Below are positions 16,915 through 26,282 of a stretch of DNA of 33,293 nucleotides, in pieces. The stretch is from contig JAEOUG010000052.1 in assembly GCA_016839445.1 (NCBI GenBank), forward strand, positions 1 to 33,293, read 5' to 3'. The notes below the pieces were generated by a model. The model was not told the origin of the DNA, did not search any database, and saw only the letters and a list, made by a program, of their open reading frames with translations. The position numbers and the translations under genes were made by a program. Origin of the DNA: Candidatus Thorarchaeota archaeon. GTDB lineage: Archaea; Asgardarchaeota; Thorarchaeia; Thorarchaeales; Thorarchaeaceae. Each line of letters begins with the position of its first letter. Within the stretch, counting starts at the first letter, position 1.

Positions 16915-18585
16915 TCATAGGTCAGCTGCTCTATACTCTCCGAAGACTCCTCTCAGGACGTCGCAGACCTCACCAATCGTGGCATACGCTTTCACAGCAT
17001 CTAGAATCAATGGCACAAGGTTTGAGTCACCTTCCGCGCCTTGCCGCAGGGCTTCAAGGGCACTCTGGACCTGCATTGCATCCCGTCCGGCCTTCATTGA
17101 TGCAACCCTTTCCTTCTGCTCCCTCTCAGCGTCTGGGTTCACCTTCAGGTAATCGAAAGACTGCTCCTCTTCAACGGTGAACCGGTTTACTCCTACTACA
17201 ACACGTTTCCCTGCATCAACATCCCGTTGGAACTGATAGGCGGAGTCATGAATCTCTCTCTGTACATAGCCCAGCTCAATCGCCTTCGCAGCGCCTCCCA
17301 TCTCGTCTATCTTCTGAATGTATTTCATCGCCGCTTCCTCCAATTGATTGGTGAGGTGCTCTATGTAATAGGATCCAGCAAGAGCGTCTATTGTATCACC
17401 CACACCTGACTCGTATGCGATTATCTGCTGTGTTCGGAGTGCAATCTGAACAGACTGCTCTGTCGGGAGGGAGAGCGCCTCATCGCGGGAGTTTGTGTGC
17501 AGAGACTGCGTGCCTCCGAGGACAGCTTGAAGAGCTTGAAGAGTGACGCGCACAACATTGTTGTCGGGTTGCTGTGCTGTGAGTGTGCAGCCTGCCGTCT
17601 GCGTATGGAACCTCATCTTGCATGAGTTGTCTTCCTTGGCGCCGAAGCGATCTCGCATGATTCTCGCCCAGAGGCGCCTTGCCGCTCTGAACTTGCAGAT
17701 CTCCTCAAGGAAGTCGCTGTGTGATCCAAAGAAGAATGACAGTCTTGACGCGAAGTCATCCACATCGAGACCCGCTCTGGTGGCGGCCTCTACGTAAGCG
17801 ATTCCGTTTGCCAGGGTGAAGGCAACCTCCTGTATTGCAGTGGAACCAGCCTCTCGAATGTGATAGCCACTGATGGAGATTGTGTTCCATAGAGGCATGT
17901 TCTCACTGCAGAACTCAAAGGTGTCAGTGATGAGCCGCATTGACGGCCCGGGAGGAAAAATGTAGGTTCCTCTGGCAACATACTCCTTCAAGATATCATT
18001 TTGGATTGTGCCTCGTAGCTTGTCCATTGAAACTCCCTGCTTCTCGGCGACTGCGATATACATCGCGAGAAGTACCGCGGCAGGGGCATTGATTGTCATC
18101 GACGTTGACACCTTGTCGAGAGGGATTCCAGAGAAGAGAACCTCCATGTCGGCAAGAGAGGTTACTGCCACTCCGACTTTGCCCACCTCTCCCTCAGCGA
18201 GTGGATGGTCCGAATCATAGCCAATCTGAGTAGGAAGATCGAAGGCCACTGAGAGACCTGTCTGGCCCTGTTCTAGGAGGAACTTGAAGCGTTCATTTGA
18301 CTCGCGGGCTGTTGCGAACCCGCTATACTGACGCATGGTCCAGAACCGTCCACGGTATCCTGTTGCCTGAACACCACGAGTGAACGGGAATTGCCCAGGG
18401 AAGCCTAGCTCCGTGATGTATTCATGACCTTCAAGGTCGAGCGGTGTATACAAGCGGTTCACAGGAATGCCAGAGATGGTGCAGAACGCCTTTTCTCGTT
18501 CAGGGTACTTCACCAAGGTCTTCTCAACAAGATCGCGCTTCCAACGCTCATGCTCACTGGAGAGATTCTTCTCAGAGCCCATCAT
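16915..18585 (-). CDS. Methylmalonyl-CoA mutase, substrate-binding subunit
   Basis: [49 protein letters not shown] and QSLHTN. Tyr in QYSGF plus Arg in VARG point to a carboxylated substrate rather than isobutyryl-CoA. Confidence 0.96.
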   Translation of the reverse strand: MMGSEKNLSSEHERWKRDLVEKTLVKYPEREKAFCTISGIPVNRLYTPLDLEGHEYITELGFPGQFPFTRGVQATGYRGRFWTMRQYSGFATARESNERFKFLLEQGQTGLSVAFDLPTQIGYDSDHPLAEGEVGKVGVAVTSLADMEVLFSGIPLDKVSTSMTINAPAAVLLAMYIAVAEKQGVSMDKLRGTIQNDILKEYVARGTYIFPPGPSMRLITDTFEFCSENMPLWNTISISGYHIREAGSTAIQEVAFTLANGIAYVEAATRAGLDVDDFASRLSFFFGSHSDFLEEICKFRAARRLWARIMRDRFGAKEDNSCKMRFHTQTAGCTLTAQQPDNNVVRVTLQALQAVLGGTQSLHTNSRDEALSLPTEQSVQIALRTQQIIAYESGVGDTIDALAGSYYIEHLTNQLEEAAMKYIQKIDEMGGAAKAIELGYVQREIHDSAYQFQRDVDAGKRVVVGVNRFTVEEEQSFDYLKVNPDAEREQKERVASMKAGRDAMQVQSALEALRQGAEGDSNLVPLILDAVKAYATIGEVCDVLRGVFGEYRAADL

Positions 18586-18588
18586 AAC

Positions 18589-19548
18589 TCACCTACTCTC
18601 TTTGAACAAGAATTCAGCAATCAGCCGTTCTGCCACTGAGTACGGGTCCTCTTCACGGCTGGCGATTCGTTCTATTGCCTTCTCGTACTCAGGCCTGCCC
18701 TGCAGTTTCTGCAGCAGCTCCTGTGTAAGCTTGAACTTCATGAGTTCCCGTAGTTCGTCCTTGCTCTTCTGGAGACCTCGCTTCTTCATTTCGCCACTAT
18801 CCACCAGATGCTGGTGGTGCTTCAGAATCGTATCAGCGAGCTCCGGTATGCCTTCACCGGACCGGGAGTTTGTAAGGAGGACGGGAGGTCGCCAAGTACG
18901 TTCCCGAGTATCGAGGTCGAGCATTGTGGTGATCTCTGTGGCTTTCTTCTCGGCCCCCGGAAGGTCCTTCTTGTTGACCACGAAGATGTCGGCAATCTCC
19001 ATGATGCCGGCCTTTATCGCCTGAATGTCGTCCCCACTTCCGGGAACGTCGGTGACGACAACTGTGTGAGCGATGTCGATGACCTCAACCTCGGACTGCC
19101 CGGCGCCGACGGTCTCAACGAAGATGATATCCTTGCCGAAGGCATCGATGGCGCGCACGGCATCAGAGGTCGCTCGGGCCAGTCCTCCGAGATGGCCCCT
19201 TGTTCCCATGCTTCTCACAAAGACCTCATCGTCAAGACTGTGCTCCTGCATCCGAATGCGATCGCCAAGCAGGGCGCCGCCAGTGAATGGACTCGAAGGG
19301 TCCACACAGACCACTCCGATAGTCTTCTCTCGACTCCTGAACTCAGCAGTCAGTCTTGTCACGAGGGAGGATTTCCCCGATCCCGGAGGACCGGTTACTC
19401 CTACAATATGAGCCCTCCCAGTGTGCTTGTAGAGTCTGCTCAACACATCGAGAGCTGACGACTCCTCATCTTCAATGAGGGAGATGAGTCGAGCCAAGTC
19501 GCGCCTTCTGCGATTGAGGACACCCTCAACCAAGTCGTCAACTGACAA
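18589..19548 (-). CDS. meaB: Mutase-associated GTPase MeaB/ArgK
   Basis: GPPGSGKS, DPSSPFTGGALLGDRIRM, ETVGAGQSE, IKAGIMEIAD and NKKD. Confidence 0.97.
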   Translation of the reverse strand: MSVDDLVEGVLNRRRRDLARLISLIEDEESSALDVLSRLYKHTGRAHIVGVTGPPGSGKSSLVTRLTAEFRSREKTIGVVCVDPSSPFTGGALLGDRIRMQEHSLDDEVFVRSMGTRGHLGGLARATSDAVRAIDAFGKDIIFVETVGAGQSEVEVIDIAHTVVVTDVPGSGDDIQAIKAGIMEIADIFVVNKKDLPGAEKKATEITTMLDLDTRERTWRPPVLLTNSRSGEGIPELADTILKHHQHLVDSGEMKKRGLQKSKDELRELMKFKLTQELLQKLQGRPEYEKAIERIASREEDPYSVAERLIAEFLFKESR

Positions 19549-19569
19549 GGTATCAACCTCATGGAGAAG

Positions 19570-19977
19570 CTAGACCTTCGCGTGACTCTGAATGAACGTT
19601 ACAATCTCCTCAAGGGGCGTGCCTGGACCGAAGACCTCAGAGATCCCGGCTTTCTTCAAATCCGGAATATCATCCTCCGGTATGATACCGCCACCTACGA
19701 CCAAGATGTCATCAGCCCCTTCCTTTCTCAGCAACTCCATTATCTTGGGAAAGAGGGCATTGTGAGCTCCACTCAGGATGCTCAGACCAATCACGTGCAC
19801 ATTCTCGTCAAGAGCTGCCCTGACTATCATCTCGGGGGTCTGGCGAAGACCAGTGTATATCACTTCCATGCCAGCATCTCGCAGGGCACGAGCCACGACT
19901 TTGGCGCCACGGTCATGTCCATCAAGGCCCGGTTTCGCCACAAGCACTCGTATCTTCTTGGAAGAACTCAAGAGCAC
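19570..19977 (-). CDS. Methylmalonyl-CoA mutase, cobalamin-binding subunit
   Basis: [12 protein letters not shown] (DxHxxG), [14 protein letters not shown] and FGPGT. Start may be TTG 19971. Confidence 0.96.
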   Translation of the reverse strand: MLLSSSKKIRVLVAKPGLDGHDRGAKVVARALRDAGMEVIYTGLRQTPEMIVRAALDENVHVIGLSILSGAHNALFPKIMELLRKEGADDILVVGGGIIPEDDIPDLKKAGISEVFGPGTPLEEIVTFIQSHAKV

Positions 19978-20044
19978 ACCTCAGGTAGTTATAGCGGTGC
20001 TTCTGAACTGGGCGCCGATATAAAGCCTTTCGATGTAGAGGAAT

Positions 20045-21058
20045 CTACTCCTCCATGATGTGGACTATGTTCTCTCGTCCCTCACGGAATCGTCTCACGA
20101 GGCCTCGCTCTTCCAGGTTGTTAAGAAGCAGACTGACCTTCGCCTGGGACATTTCCGTCCCCGTGTAGAGATCCTTCTGTGAGCATGAGCCGCCCTTCTC
20201 GCGAATCAAGTCGAGTATCTCTTCTTCCTCGTTCGTGACTCCAACGAAACGGACCTTGCCAATCTTCTTGAATCGACGAATAATGGACGGTCCGAAGAAC
20301 ACAGAGGCCGCTCCAACCGCGAGTCCAATCAGTATGCCGCCAAGGAGCCAAAGAGGGGAAGCTACCACCGCATTGCCACCAGGGCACAGCAGCTGGTATT
20401 TGATGATGTATACTCGCTCCTGTCCAGGCTGGAGAAGAGGAGTGAACCAGACAAACGACAGAGTGCGACCGTCTGTGAAGTTGAGCTCATTGTCTGGGAA
20501 GATGGGCACGACAGACTCATCGGAAAGCAGAGAATCTTCGGGTAGTGTTGCAGTGAATGTGAAGTTGTGATAGGCATCCATTGGCCGAACATAGAAGATG
20601 AAGTCTGAGAGCTGAATCCCTGTCTCTGATCCCGAATAGGGGTCCGATTGAAGGTCCAGTGCCCTGACTCGAATCGTGAGCCATACGCATTCGCCTGACG
20701 CAACTGCCAATGGCAACGAAACAACGATTACCGTGTAGCGGTCCAGAAGGGTGGCATAGGCCCCAGTGGAAGTCCCGTTTACTACTGCCGAGAGGACATT
20801 GGCCTCCAGCGAATCAACCCGGAGCGAGAACTCGGTAACGTCGGATGGGCCTTGGTTGGTCATAAGTGCGTTGAAGGTGAGTATCGTGACTCCCTGCGCG
20901 GACATGACTGCGGTAATCTCCACGGGATCAAGAAGAATGTCATCGGTCTGAGCGACGACAGTCTGAGCAGTTGTGAACGGAATCATGGCAACTAGAGAGA
21001 GCAAGATGATAGTGCAGGCCACGCTTCTTCTCAAGTAGTGTTCACATCCAGTCTTCAT
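20045..21058 (-). CDS. Membrane-anchored protein with ectodomain and C-terminal winged HTH (COG2512-like)
   Basis: Signal-like N-terminus, beta-rich middle, one TM (LWLLGGILIGLAVGAASVFFG), then SQKDL...SQAKVSLLLNNLEERGLVRRFREGRENIV. Confidence 0.78.
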   Translation of the reverse strand: MKTGCEHYLRRSVACTIILLSLVAMIPFTTAQTVVAQTDDILLDPVEITAVMSAQGVTILTFNALMTNQGPSDVTEFSLRVDSLEANVLSAVVNGTSTGAYATLLDRYTVIVVSLPLAVASGECVWLTIRVRALDLQSDPYSGSETGIQLSDFIFYVRPMDAYHNFTFTATLPEDSLLSDESVVPIFPDNELNFTDGRTLSFVWFTPLLQPGQERVYIIKYQLLCPGGNAVVASPLWLLGGILIGLAVGAASVFFGPSIIRRFKKIGKVRFVGVTNEEEEILDLIREKGGSCSQKDLYTGTEMSQAKVSLLLNNLEERGLVRRFREGRENIVHIMEE

Positions 21059-21127
21059 GGTTCCATCGAAGTTGTCTGGTTAGATGCTGCAGTTCTCTGA
21101 TAAGGGTTCTTTTAGTGATAGCGGGTT

Positions 21128-21152
21128 GGGAGGCGGAGAGAGGCCGCCTCCC
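21128..21152. terminator. GC-rich hairpin GGGAGGCGG-N7-CCGCCTCCC
   Basis: Perfect 9-bp stem about 24 bp downstream of the stop at 21176. Confidence 0.5.
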
Positions 21153-21175
21153 GTTTGATACGTGCGCCAGAGGTT

Positions 21176-22336
21176 CTATTTCCTTCGAACCAACACAATG
21201 AGTACTGCCAGGATTACAACTCCACCTATTCCTAGTGCAAGGAGGGTGTCAGTATCTAGTCCCATTGATGGAGCGGCGTCTGCATAGAGCCCAATCGACG
21301 GGTCATGCAGAATACTCCCACCATCGAAGTTGGGATAAGATAGATAGACAGCAATACCAGCCCCAGTTGGTACGTATGAAGCGTTGACGTAGACGAGTTC
21401 TTGCTCGCCGCCGGGCCACGTTATCAGGGCCTGATCAACCCAGCTAAAGAAGCCTTGAGGAACTGCACTGGCGGCATCAATGAAGTCCATGCATTGCGTG
21501 TCAGTTCCATTCATCCTCTCGAATTGGGTCTCGTTGCCACCTATTGTGGTCCAGTTCATCGATGAGTCGATTGTGTTGTTGTGGGTTCGTTCACGGGTCC
21601 TAACTCTGTGTCGATTCTGCTGTGGGTCGCCCGAATCAAGGTCCTCCTTTTGGAGGGTCTGGAGTGCAACCGATGAAGTCTCACTACTGAAGGGGAAGTT
21701 GCCAATCTCGATGTCCATCTTCAGTTCCGATCTCCCCTCAACAAGGTAGCTTACGTTTGCCCCTCTGTCATCTGTAACGAGGCCTTGGTAGTCGTTCAGG
21801 TAGATATGAGCCCAGATCTGAAGAGTGACATCTTCGAATCGAGCTACTGATCCTGAGCCCTCAAGGGCTGCCGGCTCAGAAGTGAGCGGCACTGGACCAG
21901 CGCGAACTCCGCTCTTGGTGTACTTGAGCCAGACTTCTGTCGTTATACCATCTTCTACGACACTGCCAGTCGTCAAGGACCATTCGTAGGCGGCCAAGGG
22001 AGCGAAGTGGAGAGCCTCACCGCTCTGATAGGCACCGTCCTCATTCAGGTCCTCGAATTCAACAATCATGACATATGAGGTCTGGAACTTGGCGTGCTCA
22101 GCGTGCTCATCCACGGCAAACCAGAAGTGTAGTTGGGGAATCTCGCTGTCCGCCATTATGGATATGATGTCAGTCTTCACCCAGACCGATCCGTCGGCAG
22201 TTCGGGTCTGCTCGGGAGGAGAGCCAGAACCCTGACCACCAGGACCTCCCTCTTGCGCACTCACACTAAGAGTTGAAGTGGCAAGAAGCGTGCCCACTAG
22301 GAGTAGTCCGAGTAGTACTTTGTGGCTATTCTTCAG
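21176..22336 (-). CDS. Secreted, C-terminally membrane-anchored cell-surface protein; probable CTG start
   Basis: The frame extends 13 codons past the GTG at 22297 to CTG 22336, giving (M)KNSHKVLLGLLLVGTLLATSTLSVSA-Q. C-terminal TM plus RRK; several N-x-S/T sequons. Confidence 0.78.
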   Translation of the reverse strand: MKNSHKVLLGLLLVGTLLATSTLSVSAQEGGPGGQGSGSPPEQTRTADGSVWVKTDIISIMADSEIPQLHFWFAVDEHAEHAKFQTSYVMIVEFEDLNEDGAYQSGEALHFAPLAAYEWSLTTGSVVEDGITTEVWLKYTKSGVRAGPVPLTSEPAALEGSGSVARFEDVTLQIWAHIYLNDYQGLVTDDRGANVSYLVEGRSELKMDIEIGNFPFSSETSSVALQTLQKEDLDSGDPQQNRHRVRTRERTHNNTIDSSMNWTTIGGNETQFERMNGTDTQCMDFIDAASAVPQGFFSWVDQALITWPGGEQELVYVNASYVPTGAGIAVYLSYPNFDGGSILHDPSIGLYADAAPSMGLDTDTLLALGIGGVVILAVLIVLVRRK

Positions 22337-22368
22337 TGGTTGTCACCTAGGTTCTTCGCTGCCCGTAG

Positions 22369-22376
22369 TTATATAA
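22369..22376 (-). promoter_or_regulatory. TATA box TTATATAA
   Basis: Palindromic consensus TATA 33 bp upstream of CTG 22336. Confidence 0.55.
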
Positions 22377-22587
22377 TGTCTATTTCATGTACTCCTACTG
22401 CCGGACGCAAATGCGCTCTATAGGGGTCTAGAACTAGCCTCAAGGCTTTATACATCCTTAGAATTTTCATGAGGGGCATCATATTACCTCTTGTTGTCTA
22501 GGCGTCGTCACATTGGAACTGCAAGATGATTCTGGGAATGCCTCAGAGTTATTAGGGTACACTCGAAAGGTTACGCGGGATAGGATA

Positions 22588-22854
22588 ATGGCTGCAGAGA
22601 TTGATGAACGCACACAGTACGATTGGTTCTCAGTAGGCAAGATGCATGAAACAAGGAATGAATACAAGGAAGCAATTCAGGCATACGAGGAAGCTATCAA
22701 GCTGGATCCCAAGTTCGCCAAGGCATGGTTCTACAAATCCAGAGCCCATCACGCTCTCAAACAGAAGAAAGAAGCAAGGGAGTGCGCCGTGAAAGCCCTC
22801 CAGCTTGAGCCCACATGGGAGAAGCACATCAAGAAGTTCATACCGGACATCTAG
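22588..22854 (+). CDS. Small TPR protein, paralog of 16150-16422
   Basis: YKEAIQAYEEAIKLDPKFAKAWFYKS...CAVKALQLEPTWEKH. ATG 22588 preferred. Confidence 0.85.
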   Translation: MAAEIDERTQYDWFSVGKMHETRNEYKEAIQAYEEAIKLDPKFAKAWFYKSRAHHALKQKKEARECAVKALQLEPTWEKHIKKFIPDI

Positions 22855-22856
22855 TC

Positions 22857-23303
22857 CTAGATGAACGCAGAGGAGCTGTCTGGGTACAAGAGCACGAAGA
22901 CAGCCTGATTGAGAGTCAGTATTTGCCGGTCAACCCACTGCATCACGAGATCAACATTCTCCTTAGTTGATACCTGACTCAGGGCCGCGAGAGTCGGGTC
23001 CTTAGAACCAGGGAGCTTCAGGAGCTCCTCGATAGTCTGCACCAAGATTGTCTGACGAACGTCTGGAGCCGTTTCGGTAAGATAGTACAAGACGCCGTCC
23101 CTTGTGGCATCATCGATATTGGAGTGGGATGCTGACTCGGAGATTGCGTTTGATATGTTTGACACGACCCTGCTATCCTTCAGATCCCGAAGCTCATTCT
23201 CAATTATCGTGACAATCGCTTTGGTGATCTCAGGGTCCGCACTCAGAATACTGACTAGGTCAGAGCGAGCCTGCATTGGGTCAAGTCCGTCGTCTTTGCT
23301 CAA
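22857..23303 (-). CDS. Hypothetical protein, predicted alpha-helical
   Basis: 148-aa ORF filling the gap with protein-like composition; no motif recognised. Confidence 0.7.
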   Translation of the reverse strand: MSKDDGLDPMQARSDLVSILSADPEITKAIVTIIENELRDLKDSRVVSNISNAISESASHSNIDDATRDGVLYYLTETAPDVRQTILVQTIEELLKLPGSKDPTLAALSQVSTKENVDLVMQWVDRQILTLNQAVFVLLYPDSSSAFI

Positions 23304-23399
23304 GGTTCTCAGTACCCCTAGACTGGGTTTACGTGCACCTAGACTAAATCGCCTTAGTCCGTTTTTATGTCTGTTTCGTGCGTACTTGAGATGTACTAC

Positions 23400-24161
23400 T
23401 CACCTATCGGGTATCAAGTCAGCCATTTCTGCCACCGAACTCAGGACATACTCGGGAGAAGTTTCCGCCCCGTGCTTAGCCACAAGGTCCTCTAGCGAGA
23501 GGCTTCTGTTGTTGATCCAGACGGTAGCCATTCCGATAGACTTCGCCCCCACAATGTCTGCGTAGTATTCGTCACCCACATAGAGGGACTCCTCCGGTAC
23601 TGCTCCTAGAACCTTAAGAACCTCCAAGAACGGCTCGGGCATGGGCTTGAAGGCCTTGACAACGCCTCCGTCAACAACAGCATCGAAGTAGTGCCGAAGG
23701 CCGAGCTTCTGTAGAATGATCTCGGAATGACCTTCGAAGCTGTTAGACAAAACTGCCATGGGAATCCCCTTTGAACGCACGCGCGCGAGAGCGTTTTCAA
23801 CCCCGGGGTAGACCGTAGAGAGCTCGACATGAAGCTGCTTGAAGATTCGCGTGGCCTCTTCCACGACGACGGGGTCGTTTGGCTGACCGATATCCTCAAG
23901 ACTCATGCCCATCGCACGCCGAACAATCTCAAAGGGAGGCCTGTAGGGAGCGCCCTGTGCTATCTCTTCAATGGCCATCCGATACCGAGCCACTAGACTG
24001 CGGATGTAATCAGCCGATGTTTCCTCGGATTCCACACCACATTGGCCAAGGAGCCAGAGACTTGCCTGAAGGGGGTATCTGTGAGTGTCAGTGAGCGTTG
24101 AATCAAGATCGAAGACCACGCTCCTGAATCTCTGTATGTCGAAGGAACTCACGGAGACCAT
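23400..24161 (-). CDS. HAD-superfamily hydrolase (phosphoglycolate-phosphatase-like)
   Basis: VVFDLDSTL (motif I), VLSN, KP.P and YVGDEYYADIVGAK. Confidence 0.93.
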   Translation of the reverse strand: MVSVSSFDIQRFRSVVFDLDSTLTDTHRYPLQASLWLLGQCGVESEETSADYIRSLVARYRMAIEEIAQGAPYRPPFEIVRRAMGMSLEDIGQPNDPVVVEEATRIFKQLHVELSTVYPGVENALARVRSKGIPMAVLSNSFEGHSEIILQKLGLRHYFDAVVDGGVVKAFKPMPEPFLEVLKVLGAVPEESLYVGDEYYADIVGAKSIGMATVWINNRSLSLEDLVAKHGAETSPEYVLSSVAEMADLIPDR

Positions 24162-24173
24162 TTCTCCACGCCA

Positions 24174-24944
24174 CTAGCTACCTTTTCCCAGGTATACACC
24201 GTGTGGGTCAAGCTTGTGCATTATTGCTATCTGCTCTTCGGTCGGTTCTTCTGTCGTTGGTACGTCATCGGGAATGATGAGGTCGAACATCACATTCTCC
24301 TTGATATCCTCCACCGTGAAGCCAGGATGCACTGAGAGCAGCCGTATCTTGAGGGTTTCTGGATCAAAGTCCATCTGGCATAGATCAGTGATGACTACCT
24401 CAGGGCCGTTGCCAACAAGTGACCACTTTTCACGAGATCCAGGCCCCTCTAGATGACCAGGTGAGGTCATGTAGTCAAGTTCCTTCACGAACTTGCGCTT
24501 ATCGTGAGACATCATGATGATCAGTCTGTTGGCGGAAGAGGCTATGTCATTACCACCGCCACTGCCGGGTAGCTTCACCTTGGGGCTTTCGTACGGGCCG
24601 ATGTAGCTCGTGTTCAGATTGCCGTATTCGTCTATCTGAGCTGCGCCAAGAAAACCGACGTCTATGCGTCCACCTTGGAGGAGAAAACCCAGTGTCTCAA
24701 TGAGCCCGATTGAGGCTGAGCACCCGTAGTAGTACCGGCTGTCTGCAACCGACAGTGGAACCTGTACAGGTCGTGCATCGATGTAGCCAGCTTCTGAGAT
24801 GAGATTCATCCGTGGAGCATGGGTCTCCTTTGCCAGTAGAGCTGCGAGCAGAGGCATCCCTGTCCCGCCAAAGACATTCTCGCCGTCCCTGACATGTCGA
24901 GATGCGCAAGCAATGAGAAACTCAGTCTTTGTATATTCAACCAT
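24174..24944 (-). CDS. Family I CoA-transferase beta subunit (glutaconate CoA-transferase-like)
   Basis: GTGMP, LISEAG (catalytic Glu position), FLGAAQIDEYGNLN and LPGSGGGNDIAS. ATG 24944 lies just after the alpha-subunit stop. Confidence 0.9.
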   Translation of the reverse strand: MVEYTKTEFLIACASRHVRDGENVFGGTGMPLLAALLAKETHAPRMNLISEAGYIDARPVQVPLSVADSRYYYGCSASIGLIETLGFLLQGGRIDVGFLGAAQIDEYGNLNTSYIGPYESPKVKLPGSGGGNDIASSANRLIIMMSHDKRKFVKELDYMTSPGHLEGPGSREKWSLVGNGPEVVITDLCQMDFDPETLKIRLLSVHPGFTVEDIKENVMFDLIIPDDVPTTEEPTEEQIAIMHKLDPHGVYLGKGS

Positions 24945-24946
24945 GT

Positions 24947-25861
24947 CTAGTACCCCCAAGGCTTCTTCGCGCGGAGTTCCATCAGACGCTCCCAGCCTAC
25001 TAGGTTGAGGTATCCGAAGTGGTCATCCACTCCAAGGATGTAGTTCTCGAGATACTCCTGCCAGCCTTCTTCTGTCTGGCTCATCTTGTGGAACATCATC
25101 AGGTGCTCGAGGTCATAATCGTAGTAGTCGTGGCACATCATCGGGTGTGCAACGTATGGGAGAACAACCACGTAATCCACGTACATCGCTGGAATCTCTG
25201 TCTGGTCGGGGCTCTTCTTCACTTCTTCCTCGTCAATGAGTTCCTCAGCGAGTACGATAAGCTTCTTGCCACACCTTGAGCCCTCTATGTCCTCGCCCAG
25301 AATCCCATCAATCTGAGCGTTTCCCTTCATGTCAACCCGTTGCACGTGGACTATGCTGAAGTCTGGCTGGACTGAAGGGACAAGGCAGATCTTCTCACCA
25401 GTGAAGGGGCAATCCATCACCTCCAGCTTCTTGTCTCCGAGATAGCGGTGTAGACGAACCATGTCTGTACCCATCATGCTGCGGATGGGCATGAATGGAA
25501 CATTCAACGCACCTCCGAGGAACCTCATTGCCATGGCAAGGTTTGAGAAGTCCTCAACAGCAAGGGCTCCCTCTGAGACTCGACGACGAATGTTGTAGGA
25601 GAGCCCGAGGGCCTCAATGGCGGAGAATGCAATCTCATACCGATTCGCAACATGAGCCCCAGCCATGATCTCTAGGTCTACTTCAGAACCACATGTGTAC
25701 ACAGTGAGGTTGCGTTTCTTCTGACGCACGAGTTCGTGCGCAAATGCGATGGGAGGCCGCTGATAACCAAAGCCGCCCCAGAACAACCCGTCGCCGTCCC
25801 TGACCTTCTTTGCAGCTTCGACGAGGGTTATTCGTTTGTCTTCCACTTCTGCTTCTGTCAT
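24947..25861 (-). CDS. Family I CoA-transferase alpha subunit
   Basis: VRDGD...GGF...P, GGALNVPFMP, GTD, CPFTGE and HVQRVDMKGNAQ. Confidence 0.9.
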   Translation of the reverse strand: MTEAEVEDKRITLVEAAKKVRDGDGLFWGGFGYQRPPIAFAHELVRQKKRNLTVYTCGSEVDLEIMAGAHVANRYEIAFSAIEALGLSYNIRRRVSEGALAVEDFSNLAMAMRFLGGALNVPFMPIRSMMGTDMVRLHRYLGDKKLEVMDCPFTGEKICLVPSVQPDFSIVHVQRVDMKGNAQIDGILGEDIEGSRCGKKLIVLAEELIDEEEVKKSPDQTEIPAMYVDYVVVLPYVAHPMMCHDYYDYDLEHLMMFHKMSQTEEGWQEYLENYILGVDDHFGYLNLVGWERLMELRAKKPWGY

Positions 25862-25949
25862 CGGGTATCACCAGAGCACAAGATAACCGGGTGTAGGTCT
25901 TCCGGCTCAGAAGCAGCATGCCTTTTATCTTTCACTCCAAGGAGACTCG

Positions 25950-26282
25950 CTAACCGAATAGGATGGTCAGCACAGACACTACGAGGGGAAGGATGATGAT
26001 GAGAACAAGGCAACAAAGGAGACCTGATAGATAGGCCAAGCGTCTGCTCTTGGAAGCTCTCCTAGCAGCCTCAGGCCTCAATGTGACACGTGGACCTAAG
26101 GGCCCGTGAGATAGATGCACTGCAAGGTCCTCTTCGTACGGAAAGGAACCCTCGCCCGGAATGTACACGTATCGACGTCCACAGACCTCGCAGGTCATTG
26201 CCGCATTCTCTGCGCTGGAAGGATGTGCAGGCGTATGTACGCTGTCGCAGAATGGGCAAACAGGACCGCTCAGAACCACCAC
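25950..26282 (-). CDS. Zinc-ribbon protein with C-terminal Cys-Cys-containing TM anchor
   Basis: CPFC...CEVC, ending YLSGLLCCLVLIIILPLVVSVLTILFG. Start is probably GTG 26282/26279 or CTG 26273 overlapping the upstream TGA, not 26372. Confidence 0.68.
   Translation of the reverse strand: MVVLSGPVCPFCDSVHTPAHPSSAENAAMTCEVCGRRYVYIPGEGSFPYEEDLAVHLSHGPLGPRVTLRPEAARRASKSRRLAYLSGLLCCLVLIIILPLVVSVLTILFG

Noticed and set aside
16915-18585. Mutase as isobutyryl-CoA or 2-hydroxyisobutyryl-CoA mutase
   Set aside because: It retains Tyr (QYSGF) and Arg (VARG) and lies next to methylmalonyl-CoA epimerase.
18467-20058. Long plus-strand ORFs (185, 216 and 165 aa)
   Set aside because: Shadows of meaB and the mutase subunits, as expected from codon bias; no independent features.
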